The notes beneath the pieces were generated by a model that was given only the letters and a program-made list of their open reading frames with translations, ran no database searches and was not told the origin of the DNA. Shown in pieces: positions 18,554-27,697 of a DNA stretch of 64,000 bases. The stretch comes from an uncultured Gemmatimonadales bacterium. Lineage in GTDB: Bacteria; Gemmatimonadota; Gemmatimonadetes; Gemmatimonadales; Gemmatimonadaceae. The stretch's first letter is position 1. Each line of letters starts with the position of its first letter. The DNA lies in NCBI GenBank assembly GCA_963850905.1, contig CAWKMU010000003.1:3232001-3296000 (forward strand). Direction: 5' to 3'. Both the position numbers and the translations under genes were made by a program.

Positions 18554-19548
18554 CCCGCTGCGCCGTGGTCGGTGCTGGCGCATGGGGAACGGCTCTGGCG
18601 GATCTCCTCGCCCGCAACGGGCACTCGGTGCGGTTGTGGGCTCGCGAACCCGATGTCGCTGAAGGAATCGCCGCACGCCACGAGAACGTGCGCTTCCTTG
18701 CGGGATTTGCCCTGTCGACGGCGTTAGTGGCGACTCCAGTCGTTGGCGAGGCGGTTCGGTCGGCCGAGTTGGTGCTCTTCGCCGTGCCGTCGGCATACCT
18801 GCGCAGCGTGGTCGAGCGCGCGGCGCCTGATCTGCACCCCGACGCGACGCTTGGCGTAGCCACGAAAGGCATCGAGCATGGCACACTGGCCATCATGACC
18901 GAGGTCGTCCGCGAGGCGGCGGGCGGCCGTCAGCCCGTCGTCGCGGTCTCGGGGCCAAGCTTCGCCGCAGAGGTGGCAGCAGGTCAGCCGACGGCCGTGG
19001 TGGCCGCATCCGCCATGCCTCGAGCGGCGGAGCTCGTGCAACACGCGCTGTCCTCCGGTGCATTTCGGGTCTACACCCATCCCGACGTATTGGGAGTCGA
19101 GCTCGGGGGCTCGCTCAAGAACGTGATGGCGGTGGCAACGGGCATCTCGGACGGATTGGGTCTCGGCGCCAACTCGCGCGCCGCCCTCGTCACGCGCGGC
19201 CTCGCGGAGATGACCCGGCTCGGCGTCGCGCTCGGCGCCCGGGCGAGCACCTTTGCGGGTCTCGCGGGACTCGGCGATCTCGTGCTCACCTGTACCGGCG
19301 CCCTGAGCCGGAACCGCGCGCTCGGCGAGGCGGTGGGACGCGGCCAGACCCTAGCGGAGGCGCTTGCACATCGCGAAAGTGTGGCCGAGGGAGTCGTGAC
19401 GGCACGGAGTGCCCTGGCGCTAGCCCAACGAAGCGGTGTCGAGATGCCGATCGTGCGGGCCGTCAATCGGGTACTCTTTGAAGGGCGACCGGCGCGACAA
19501 GCGATTGGCGATCTCATGGAGCGCGAACTGCGCGCCGAACCGGATTGA
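18550..19548 (+). CDS. gpsA: NAD(P)H-dependent glycerol-3-phosphate dehydrogenase
   Basis: GAGAWGTALA, TKGIE, SGPSFA, GGSLKNV, GLGDLVLTC and SRN motifs. Confidence 0.96.
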   Translation: MTRCAVVGAGAWGTALADLLARNGHSVRLWAREPDVAEGIAARHENVRFLAGFALSTALVATPVVGEAVRSAELVLFAVPSAYLRSVVERAAPDLHPDATLGVATKGIEHGTLAIMTEVVREAAGGRQPVVAVSGPSFAAEVAAGQPTAVVAASAMPRAAELVQHALSSGAFRVYTHPDVLGVELGGSLKNVMAVATGISDGLGLGANSRAALVTRGLAEMTRLGVALGARASTFAGLAGLGDLVLTCTGALSRNRALGEAVGRGQTLAEALAHRESVAEGVVTARSALALAQRSGVEMPIVRAVNRVLFEGRPARQAIGDLMERELRAEPD

Positions 19549-19577
19549 CGCACAACAGCAGAGGGGGCCGCGGCCCG

Positions 19578-20045
19578 ATGACCCGATCACCAGAACGACC
19601 GCCACGTACAGCCTCACGCGTGCGTGAGGAGCCGGTGCGCCAATTCTTTTCGATCGGCGACGTGTGCACCCTGACCGACCTCAAACCGCACGTGCTGCGC
19701 TACTGGGAAACGCAGTTCAAGTTCCTGAGCCCCGCAAAGAATCGATCCGGCAATCGGGTGTATCAGCGGCGCGAGGTGGAGCTGATCCTGCTCGTCAAGC
19801 ACCTGCTGTATTCCGAGAAGTACACGATCGAAGGCGCACGACGAAAAGTCGACGAGCACCGCAGGACGGGGGGCGTGCGTACGATGTCGCGCACCGCGCT
19901 CGAGCGCGAGACGCTGGAAGCCATCGAACGCGAGCTCGCCGGGCTCATTGGCGACTTGTCGCTCGCTGCAGACCGGCCGCGCGCATCGCGGACGGCTGCG
20001 CGATCGAGTGAATGGGACGAGGGCAGCGCCGCTGAGAGCGGCTAG
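19578..20045 (+). CDS. MerR-family HTH transcriptional regulator
   Basis: FFSIGDV...PHVLRYWETQF...KNRSGNRVY...YTIEGAR. Alternative TTG start at 19545. Confidence 0.88.
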   Translation: MTRSPERPPRTASRVREEPVRQFFSIGDVCTLTDLKPHVLRYWETQFKFLSPAKNRSGNRVYQRREVELILLVKHLLYSEKYTIEGARRKVDEHRRTGGVRTMSRTALERETLEAIERELAGLIGDLSLAADRPRASRTAARSSEWDEGSAAESG

Positions 20046-20732
20046 GTGAGCGCGCCGGCCTGCGTCATCCCCGCGCTCGACGCCAGTCAGACACTCGCTG
20101 GCGTCGTCCGCGGTATCCGCCAGGCCCTCGGAGACGTCTACGTGGTCGTGATCGATGACGGTTCGCACGACCAGACCGCCGCCGTCGCGCGCTCGTGCGC
20201 CGACCACGTCGTGCGATTTGCGGGCAATCGAGGGAAGGGCGCGGCGCTGCGCGCCGGCATGCGCGTCGCCACCGCACTCGGCTCGCCAACCGTCCTCACC
20301 GTGGACGCCGACGGCCAGCACGATCCACGCTGCGCACCGGCCTTGTTGGCGGCGCTCGATCGCGCGGATCTCGTCGTCGGCGTCCGGGCGCGGCGCGGAA
20401 GCCCGATGCCCTGGCACCGGCGCGTGAGCAACGCGGTATCCGCTGCGGCGGTCAGCATGTGCGCAGGATGTGACATTGCGGACAGCCAATCGGGCTACCG
20501 CGCGTTTCGCCCCGAGCGTCTCGCGGCGCTCGAGCCGCGCGGAGATCGCTACGAGTACGAGACGGATCTCTTGATTCAGGCAGCACGCGCGGGGTTGCGC
20601 ATCGCCTGGGTGCGCATCCCCACGATCTATGGGGCACCAAGCCATTTCCGACCGCTGCGGGACAGCATGCGCATCGCACAGACGATGGTGCGGCGGGGAT
20701 TGGCGCCAGTGTCAACGCCCGTCGAGCAATGA
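20046..20732 (+). CDS. Glycosyltransferase family 2 (DPM-synthase-like)
   Basis: VIPA, IDDGSHD, NRGKGAAL, DADGQH and DSQSGYR. Confidence 0.9.
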   Translation: MSAPACVIPALDASQTLAGVVRGIRQALGDVYVVVIDDGSHDQTAAVARSCADHVVRFAGNRGKGAALRAGMRVATALGSPTVLTVDADGQHDPRCAPALLAALDRADLVVGVRARRGSPMPWHRRVSNAVSAAAVSMCAGCDIADSQSGYRAFRPERLAALEPRGDRYEYETDLLIQAARAGLRIAWVRIPTIYGAPSHFRPLRDSMRIAQTMVRRGLAPVSTPVEQ

Positions 20733-21547
20733 GTCCTGCGCCTCGCAGGCGTGCGCGCGCGACGACCCCTGGATCGCGTCCTCCGCTGTGCCTGTTGTGC
20801 ACGAATGATGACGGCGTGATGGCCCACGGCCTCGATGTCCTGGTTCGTGCCGCGGAGCCGCTCGGCGAGGTCACCGTGGTGGCACCCGACCGCGAGCAAA
20901 GCGCTTCGAGTCACGCGCTGACGATGCAGCACCCCCTGCGCGCGCGACGCCGGCCGGATGGCCGGATTCAGGTCGACGGCACACCGACCGACTGCGTGAT
21001 GCTGGCCGTGGAAGCGCTCATGCCCAAGCGCCCCGATTTCGTCCTGAGCGGCGTGAACCACGGGCAGAATATGGGCGAGGACGTGTTGTACTCGGGGACC
21101 GTGGCCGCAGCCATGGAAGGCCTGGCTCTCGGGATACCGTCGATCGCACTCTCGCTCGCGGGAGGCGAATCAGCCAGCGATCCCTCGCTCCTGGTGAGTC
21201 AGGTGGACGCGATCACGGGCCTGCTGCGACACTTCGTGACCCTTGCGGACCTGCCAGCCGATACCTTGTTCAACGTCAACTTGCCGCCGCGAAGCGGCGC
21301 CGAGATCAAGGGAGTGCGGCTCACACGACTCGGACGTCGCGTGTTTTCGGATTCGTTGCAGCGCATGCAGGACCCGTGGGGCAAAGAGATTTTCTGGATC
21401 GGCGGCGGCACGATCGCATGGTCGGGCGCCGCGGATTCGGACTTTCGCGCCGTGCACGAGGGATACATCTCAGTCACACCCTTGCACCTCGACTTGACCC
21501 ATTTCGATATGCTGCGTTCAGCGGAGCGATGGTGGCGGGAACCCTAG
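20729..21547 (+). CDS. surE: 5'/3'-nucleotidase SurE
   Basis: TNDDG, APDREQS, GTPTDCV, SGVNHGQN, YSGTVAAA and ISVTPL. Confidence 0.96.
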   Translation: MSPAPRRRARATTPGSRPPLCLLCTNDDGVMAHGLDVLVRAAEPLGEVTVVAPDREQSASSHALTMQHPLRARRRPDGRIQVDGTPTDCVMLAVEALMPKRPDFVLSGVNHGQNMGEDVLYSGTVAAAMEGLALGIPSIALSLAGGESASDPSLLVSQVDAITGLLRHFVTLADLPADTLFNVNLPPRSGAEIKGVRLTRLGRRVFSDSLQRMQDPWGKEIFWIGGGTIAWSGAADSDFRAVHEGYISVTPLHLDLTHFDMLRSAERWWREP

Positions 21548-22257
21548 GCGGCGGCGAGGACGGCCGGAGAGCGGGGACCGCTCGCGCCGCGGGCGGAGGT
21601 CCCGAGCCCGTGGTAGAGCCCAACCTGCACGGGCCGCGGAGCCGACTCATGGAAACGCTCCGGGAGCGGGGCATCACAGATCTCGCGGTGCTGCGGGCGA
21701 TCGACCTCACACCGAGACACGTTTTTGTCCCCCATGCCATCCAGCATCGCGCCTACGATGACGCGGCGCTGCCGATCGGGAACGGCCAGACGATCTCTCA
21801 GCCGTCGGTGCACGCGCGTTACCTGGCGGAGCTCAAGCTCAGTGGACATGAACGCGTGCTCGAGATCGGCACGGGGTCTGGATATCAGACCGTGCTGCTG
21901 TCGCATCTCGCGGCACAGGTGTTCTCGATTGAACGCATGCGAGAGCTCCTCGATCGTGCCCGCGATGTGATTCGGCGTGTCGGGGCCCGCAACATTTCTC
22001 TCCTGCTCGGCGACGGCACACTGGGCTGGCGAGAGTACGCACCATACGACGCGATTCTCGTGAGCGCCGGGGCATCGGAAGTGCCGCGACCGTTGTTCGA
22101 GCAGCTCGCTGAAGGCGGCCGCATCCTCATCCCGCTGGGCAGCCGCGAAGAGCAGATGCTGACGGTGGGGACGCGGCGAGGGGAAGCCTTGGTGCGTCGT
22201 GACATCGCGCCCGTGCGATTCGTCCCGCTCCTAGGCACCTACGGGTGGACTGACTAA
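21529..22257 (+). CDS. pcm: Protein-L-isoaspartate O-methyltransferase
   Basis: PRHVFV, AYDDAALPIGNGQTISQP, LEIGTGSGYQ, APYDAI and RFVPL; follows surE as usual. Confidence 0.95.
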   Translation: MVAGTLGGGEDGRRAGTARAAGGGPEPVVEPNLHGPRSRLMETLRERGITDLAVLRAIDLTPRHVFVPHAIQHRAYDDAALPIGNGQTISQPSVHARYLAELKLSGHERVLEIGTGSGYQTVLLSHLAAQVFSIERMRELLDRARDVIRRVGARNISLLLGDGTLGWREYAPYDAILVSAGASEVPRPLFEQLAEGGRILIPLGSREEQMLTVGTRRGEALVRRDIAPVRFVPLLGTYGWTD

Positions 22258-22333
22258 ACGGCGGCTCCGTGGTCCCGCCGGTGGGACTTGTCTCTTTTCT
22301 CCTTGCTCGGGCGCCCAGCGTCCGCGGATCACC

Positions 22334-23686
22334 ATGCCTGAGTCAGAGACCGAACCGCACGCGGCAGAGCGCGAGCATAGGCCCGCGCTACCTCCATTTG
22401 GCGGCGCCGCAGCGGCCTCTGGACCGGTCCTGAGGCCCACGACGGACCTCCGGGGCCGGAGGACCTTGCCGCCGTTTTTTGGCCCCCCGATTCGCCCGGG
22501 CGGACCCCTCCCTGGGGCCCGCGTACAACGGCCCCCCGCCGTAAGCCGGCCGCGTCCGACCGTCCAACAACGGCCGCTACCTCGCCCGCTGTCGGTCGTC
22601 GAGCCAACCCCGTCACACCCGACACCGCAGGCCCACCCGGCGCCCTCGTGGGATACGCCACCCACGCCGCTTGCCGCCGCGTTCGCCCCCGATGTCTCGA
22701 CGAAGCGCGCTGACCCCGTGACGTCGACGGGCGAGGCCGAATGGGCGGCTCCTGTCGCCGAACCTGAGCAGCAGCACGCAGCGGATCGCCCCAACGAGGG
22801 GCCATCGATCGAAGGCGCCGAGACGGCGCGCGTGAAGCCGCCTGCCTGGTACCCTGCACTGGAAGGTGCGAGCGATCCCGATGTCGAGGCCGACCCGGAG
22901 TACGCGACAAGGACGCACGAGAGCTTGCCGATGGCGCCGGGCGAAGCGAGTCCTGACCGCGAAGCGGTTGACACGCCGCCGGCGCCACGCCGCCGCGTGA
23001 CGCCCGTCCTTGGAATGCCGGCACACGTCACTCCGGTCGCATCCGATCGCGTTCTACCGCCCAGTCTCTTCGCCGACCAGGCGCTCACCGATCTCGAAGC
23101 CACGCCAACCGATGTGTCAGACTCGGAGCATGGGATCGCGGAGAACATGAGGTCGGACGACATAAACGACATGTTCGCAGAGCGTTACGACGCTCCGCAT
23201 CCGGTGACGCACCCTGCGCCAGTGACACGGCGGCCGTACCGGACCACGCCTCCGCTGGGCACGGCCCGGCCAGGTCGCGCGACACCCATCGGTGGCCGTG
23301 TGCAGGAGCCGCCGCGATTGGGCCGTCGAGTCACACCGGTGTTGGGAGCACAGGCAATCACGCCGATCAGTGTGCCCCAGATTCGCCGAACACCAATGGC
23401 GTCCACCATCGCGATTGGTGAACCGCCTGCGGCGAGCGTACCAAGCGCACTCCCTCCGCAGCACATGGCCGTGGGCACCTTGGCGACGTCGCCGACCCCC
23501 GCGGTAGTACCGGCACTGGACCTCGCCGCTTCGCGCGCCATTGCGTACGCGCTCGAGACTGTCGCCAACCGGATTCGCACGGGACAGATCGTGGTTGCCG
23601 GCCAGGTCCCCGCCGGCGACGATGTGGCATCGCTCGCCGCCGCGGTCGCAGCGGCGCTCGCCGCACTCCTGGGAGTGCAGCGGTAG
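22334..23686 (+). CDS. Pro-rich, largely disordered hypothetical protein with helical C-terminal domain
   Basis: 450-aa ORF fills the gap co-directionally. Repeated RRxTP motifs; the C-terminal ~55 aa look amphipathic and helical. Confidence 0.7.
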   Translation: MPESETEPHAAEREHRPALPPFGGAAAASGPVLRPTTDLRGRRTLPPFFGPPIRPGGPLPGARVQRPPAVSRPRPTVQQRPLPRPLSVVEPTPSHPTPQAHPAPSWDTPPTPLAAAFAPDVSTKRADPVTSTGEAEWAAPVAEPEQQHAADRPNEGPSIEGAETARVKPPAWYPALEGASDPDVEADPEYATRTHESLPMAPGEASPDREAVDTPPAPRRRVTPVLGMPAHVTPVASDRVLPPSLFADQALTDLEATPTDVSDSEHGIAENMRSDDINDMFAERYDAPHPVTHPAPVTRRPYRTTPPLGTARPGRATPIGGRVQEPPRLGRRVTPVLGAQAITPISVPQIRRTPMASTIAIGEPPAASVPSALPPQHMAVGTLATSPTPAVVPALDLAASRAIAYALETVANRIRTGQIVVAGQVPAGDDVASLAAAVAAALAALLGVQR

Positions 23687-23759
23687 GGGCGACGCAGGCG
23701 TCGCCCGCCACGGTGGCGCCGACCAGCACCCGACCTGTGCACTGGCGGGTAGGGGCGAC
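23683..23759 (+). repeat. GTAG-family REP (full copy 23683-23706 plus half copy 23749-23759)
   Basis: GTAGGGGCGACGCAGGCGTCGCCC; near-identical to the copies at 36586 and 55638. Confidence 0.8.
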
Positions 23760-23774
23760 TGTTAGGTTATAGGC

Positions 23775-24053
23775 GTGACGCCGCTCTACCTCCGCGTCCG
23801 GGGACGCGTTCAAGGCGTGGGTTTCCGGTGGTACGTGCGGCAAGCCGCGGATCGCTTACGGCTCGCCGGGTGGGTGCGCAACTGCTCCGACGGCAGTGTC
23901 GAAGTAGCCGTCGAGGGCCCCGCTGAGGCGCAGCAGCAACTCGTCACGGCCGTTCGACGCGGACCGCCCGGCGCCAATGTCGCGGCCGTCGAGCCTTTCG
24001 CGGCCGGCCCCATCGACCCGCCCGTATTGAGTCCCTTTCGCGTGGTGCGCTAG
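23775..24053 (+). CDS. acyP: Acylphosphatase
   Basis: GRVQGVGFR, GWVRN and DGSVE motifs; 92 aa. Confidence 0.95.
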   Translation: MTPLYLRVRGRVQGVGFRWYVRQAADRLRLAGWVRNCSDGSVEVAVEGPAEAQQQLVTAVRRGPPGANVAAVEPFAAGPIDPPVLSPFRVVR

Positions 24054-24056
24054 CGG

Positions 24057-24656
24057 ATGAACCGATCGCAACCGTTGTCATCAGTCGACGCGCCGAGCAC
24101 GCCTCAGGCGCACCCAATCAAGGGGCCCGACCTCGGACTACGAGAATCGCTCGCGGCAGGCGTCCGCGACGTGCCCGACTTTCCGACTCCGGGCGTCATG
24201 TTCAAGGACGTCACCCCTCTCCTCGCGAACGCTGCTCTATTCCGTCGCGCGACCGAGGGACTCGCCTTGCCGTTTCAGGGTGAAGGCATCACACACGTGG
24301 TCGCGGTAGAAGCCCGTGGCTTCATCTTCGGCGCCCCGGTCGCTCAACACCTGGACGCCGGGTTCGTGCCGGTACGCAAGGCGGGGAAGCTGCCGTGGCG
24401 CACCGAGCGCGTCGAATATGCGCTCGAGTATGGCTCTGGGGTGCTCGAGATTCACCGCGATGCGTGCGATCGGCCCATGCGCGTCCTCGTCGTCGATGAT
24501 GTACTTGCGACCGGCGGTACGGCCGCAGCGACCTGCGCGTTGATCGAGCGGCTGGGTGCTGTCGTCGTTGGCTGCAGCTTTCTGATCGAGCTCGGCTTCC
24601 TCGGCGGTCGGAAGAAATTGACCGGTCGCCGACTCGAGGCACTCCTGGCGTACTGA
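24057..24656 (+). CDS. apt: Adenine phosphoribosyltransferase
   Basis: PDFPTPGVMFKD, EARGF, RKAGKLP, YALEYG and VDDVLATGGT. Confidence 0.96.
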   Translation: MNRSQPLSSVDAPSTPQAHPIKGPDLGLRESLAAGVRDVPDFPTPGVMFKDVTPLLANAALFRRATEGLALPFQGEGITHVVAVEARGFIFGAPVAQHLDAGFVPVRKAGKLPWRTERVEYALEYGSGVLEIHRDACDRPMRVLVVDDVLATGGTAAATCALIERLGAVVVGCSFLIELGFLGGRKKLTGRRLEALLAY

Positions 24657-24660
24657 TCAT

Positions 24661-25185
24661 ATGACAGAGTCTCCTCACCCGCAGGTCGGGGCGTTCCTGG
24701 ATCAACTCGCCCGCGTCCATGAGCGAACCCGACGCGTCGCCGTCCTCATTCCGCCTGCGGAGATGGAGTGGACTCCGCAGCCCGGACGATTCACCTTGGG
24801 CGGGCTGGTCCGACACCTGGCCGGCGTCGAACGCTGGATGTACGCGGAGACCGTTCACGGTCGCGCGTCGCGCTACCGTGGGTGCGGGGCGGAGCTCGCG
24901 AGTGCAGACGGCGGGACGCTGCAGTACTATGACCGGCTGCATGCCGAGTCGGTGGAGTCCTTTCGCCTGCTCACCGATCGGGAGATGCAGGGGAAGTGCA
25001 CCACGCCGGCGGGCACGCCGATCACCGTGTGGAAGTGGCTCCGAGCCCATCTCGAGCACGAGGCCCACCATCGTGGCCAGCTCTATCTCATGCTTGGCCT
25101 GCGCGGGATCCCGACGCCGCCGCTCTACGGCCTGACCGAAGAGGAGCTTCGCACGAAAAGCGGTCCGCAGCGGGCCGCCGACTGA
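24661..25185 (+). CDS. DinB/YfiT family metal-dependent protein
   Basis: LVRHLA and HEAHHRGQ His-triad pattern of the DinB superfamily. Confidence 0.88.
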   Translation: MTESPHPQVGAFLDQLARVHERTRRVAVLIPPAEMEWTPQPGRFTLGGLVRHLAGVERWMYAETVHGRASRYRGCGAELASADGGTLQYYDRLHAESVESFRLLTDREMQGKCTTPAGTPITVWKWLRAHLEHEAHHRGQLYLMLGLRGIPTPPLYGLTEEELRTKSGPQRAAD

Positions 25186-25216
25186 GCAGCTGCCGAGACA
25201 AGACGGTGCTCCGCAC

Positions 25217-26275
25217 ATGAGCGGGCTCCGGTCGTGGCTCGGAAGCGTGGTGGCCGTCACACGGGGAAGACCACCGTGGCGACGTATGCTGCTGATCGGG
25301 GTCAGCGTTGCGGTCGCACAACTGATCTCCGCCCTCGCATGGGGACCAGTTGATGCAGCGTTCGCGAGCTTCGCCGTCTACTACGCGTATTCGCTGGATT
25401 TCGGCGGTCCGCTTCGGCATCGGACGCCCACCGTGCTCTTTGGGCTCGCCACGATCGTCATCTGCGGCTTCGTCGGCCACGCGCTCGCTGGTCGTCATGT
25501 CGGGCGGATCATCGCGGTGTTCGCGCTCGCGACCTTTGGCGGCGTGATCTATCCGGTTGGTCCGAGGCTGCTCCAGATCGTTCGCTTTGGCATCGTTGCG
25601 CTGCTCGTGGCAACCGTCTTCCCGCAACTGAGCCTGAGCCGACTTCCGCCATTGATGCTGGGCGGGTTCGTGACCCTCGCGGTGGCCGGGATCCAGGAGG
25701 CCATCTGGGGACCCGAGCGCCGCCTCCAACCAGGAGGACTTGCACGGGAAACGCGCCGGCTCTCGGGCGTCATGACACCCGACGTCCGATTCGCTCTGTG
25801 CTACGGGGGAGTGGCTGCCTTGGGTCTTGTCGTCGGGCAAACCCTGCACCTGCAGCGCCCATACTGGGTCAGCGTCACCTCCGTTTTCGCCATGCAACCC
25901 GAATCCGCTCAAACAGTCGTGCGGATGTCGCAGCGGGTCGCGGGGACACTGCTGGCCATCCCCATTACCATTGCCGCACTGAGCGTTGGCCAGCAACCCT
26001 GGCTGCTCATGATCGTGATCGCGCTGTCGGCCTTCACCGTGCCGCTCGCAACCGCTCGTAACTACCTCTTCGCCAGCGCCGCCGTCGTGGTGTTTGTGAT
26101 CGCGGCGCTCAATCTCGTGTACCTCCAACAGGGAAGCGCGCTGGGTCTGCTGCGGTTGCGGTTCTACGAGACCGTCATCGGTGCGGTCCTGGCGATCGCG
26201 GGCATGACCATCGCGTACGGTATTCCGGCCCAGCCGCATCGCCTGCGCCCGTCTGTCCCGGCGCAGGGCGGCTGA
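25217..26275 (+). CDS. FUSC family membrane protein
   Basis: Multi-TM protein with RPYWV...MQP...QRVAGT and RFYETVIG signatures. Confidence 0.8.
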   Translation: MSGLRSWLGSVVAVTRGRPPWRRMLLIGVSVAVAQLISALAWGPVDAAFASFAVYYAYSLDFGGPLRHRTPTVLFGLATIVICGFVGHALAGRHVGRIIAVFALATFGGVIYPVGPRLLQIVRFGIVALLVATVFPQLSLSRLPPLMLGGFVTLAVAGIQEAIWGPERRLQPGGLARETRRLSGVMTPDVRFALCYGGVAALGLVVGQTLHLQRPYWVSVTSVFAMQPESAQTVVRMSQRVAGTLLAIPITIAALSVGQQPWLLMIVIALSAFTVPLATARNYLFASAAVVVFVIAALNLVYLQQGSALGLLRLRFYETVIGAVLAIAGMTIAYGIPAQPHRLRPSVPAQGG

Positions 26276-26299
26276 CGCAGACGCGGGCATCGGATCGCA

Positions 26300-27697
26300 A
26301 TGGATCGACGCGGCTTCGTCCACGTTGTGTCCTCGGCCGTCGCGGTCGCGGCGGCACGCGGCCTCGGCGCGGAAGTGCACCGCGTGCGGGCCCGGGAGCG
26401 AGACGCCGACTCCTTACGCCGTGCGAGCGACGTGTCGTTGCAGATCGGGCCCGTCAACCTCGAGATCGCCCCTGGCCGGGTGATCAAGACCGTTGGGTAC
26501 AACGGCATGGTCCCCGGGCCGGTGATCCGCCTGGCCGAGGGCCAGTCCACAACGATCGAGGTGCGCAACGACACCTCGTCGCCCGAGTTCGTGCATTGGC
26601 ACGGCCTCTTCGTGCCTGACAGTGTCGACGGCGCGGGAGAAGAGGGCACGCCGCACATCGGGCCGCACGAGACCCGACAGTACACGATCATCCCGCAGCC
26701 GGCTGGCACTCGCTGGTATCACACGCACGTCAGTGCAAGCCGCGACCTCAGTCGTGCAATGTATACGGGACAGTTCGGATTTCTTTACGTCGAACCCACC
26801 CGGCAACCCGCGCCCTACGACGCGGAGGTCTTCCTCGCATTACATGGGTGGGACGGTTACCTGGGCACGGCCGGGGGCGGCGAAGGGACGCTGGATGTCA
26901 TCTACAAGGCATTCACTATCAACTCGCACATGCTGGGATCCGGTGAGCCGGTGCGCGTCCGTCAGGGACAGCGCGTGATGTTCCGCATCCTCAATGCGAA
27001 CGCCACGCTCACGCACCGAATCGCCCTGGCCGGTCACCGACTGACCGTTGTCGCACTGGATGGCAACCCGGTGCCGAGCGCGCGCGATGTCGGCGTCATC
27101 GAGCTGGGGCCAGCCGAGCGCGTGGACGCGATCGCGAGCATGGACCAACCGGGAGTCTGGGTACTTGGCGAACTGGAGGATGAGATCCGCCGAGACGGGC
27201 TAGGTGTGGTAGTCGAGTATGCCGGTCAAACAGGTGCGGCGCGCTGGGTGCCACCCGCAGTCGAGCGGTGGGACTACACCATCTTCGGAGCGTCCGCGAC
27301 GCCGTCGACGAGCGGTGCCTTGCCCGAACGCGAGGTGGTCCCGCTGGTGTTCAAGAAGAAGTTTGCGGGAAGCCGATGGGTCGACAACTGGACGGTGAAC
27401 GAAAAGTCGTTCCCGCACACGGATCCGATCAGGATCGCCTCTGGGGAACGCTATCGATTTCGACTCGACAACCGGAGCGACGAGGCCCATCCCATTCATC
27501 TGCACCGGCACACATTCGAGCTCGTCACCGTGGCCGGCGTCCACACATCGGGAGTGCGCAAAGACGTCGTCGTTGTCCCGCCTCACCAGCAGGTCGACGT
27601 CGATCTCACGGCCAATGCGCTGGGTGCGTCCCTACTACACTGTCACAACCAACTACACATGGACTATGGCTTCATGACCGTCGTCGAGTGTGCGTAG
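26300..27697 (+). CDS. Tat-exported multicopper oxidase (laccase-like)
   Basis: DRRGFV Tat motif; HWH, WYHTH, HPIHLH and HCHNQLHMDYGF copper-binding motifs. Confidence 0.93.
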   Translation: MDRRGFVHVVSSAVAVAAARGLGAEVHRVRARERDADSLRRASDVSLQIGPVNLEIAPGRVIKTVGYNGMVPGPVIRLAEGQSTTIEVRNDTSSPEFVHWHGLFVPDSVDGAGEEGTPHIGPHETRQYTIIPQPAGTRWYHTHVSASRDLSRAMYTGQFGFLYVEPTRQPAPYDAEVFLALHGWDGYLGTAGGGEGTLDVIYKAFTINSHMLGSGEPVRVRQGQRVMFRILNANATLTHRIALAGHRLTVVALDGNPVPSARDVGVIELGPAERVDAIASMDQPGVWVLGELEDEIRRDGLGVVVEYAGQTGAARWVPPAVERWDYTIFGASATPSTSGALPEREVVPLVFKKKFAGSRWVDNWTVNEKSFPHTDPIRIASGERYRFRLDNRSDEAHPIHLHRHTFELVTVAGVHTSGVRKDVVVVPPHQQVDVDLTANALGASLLHCHNQLHMDYGFMTVVECA

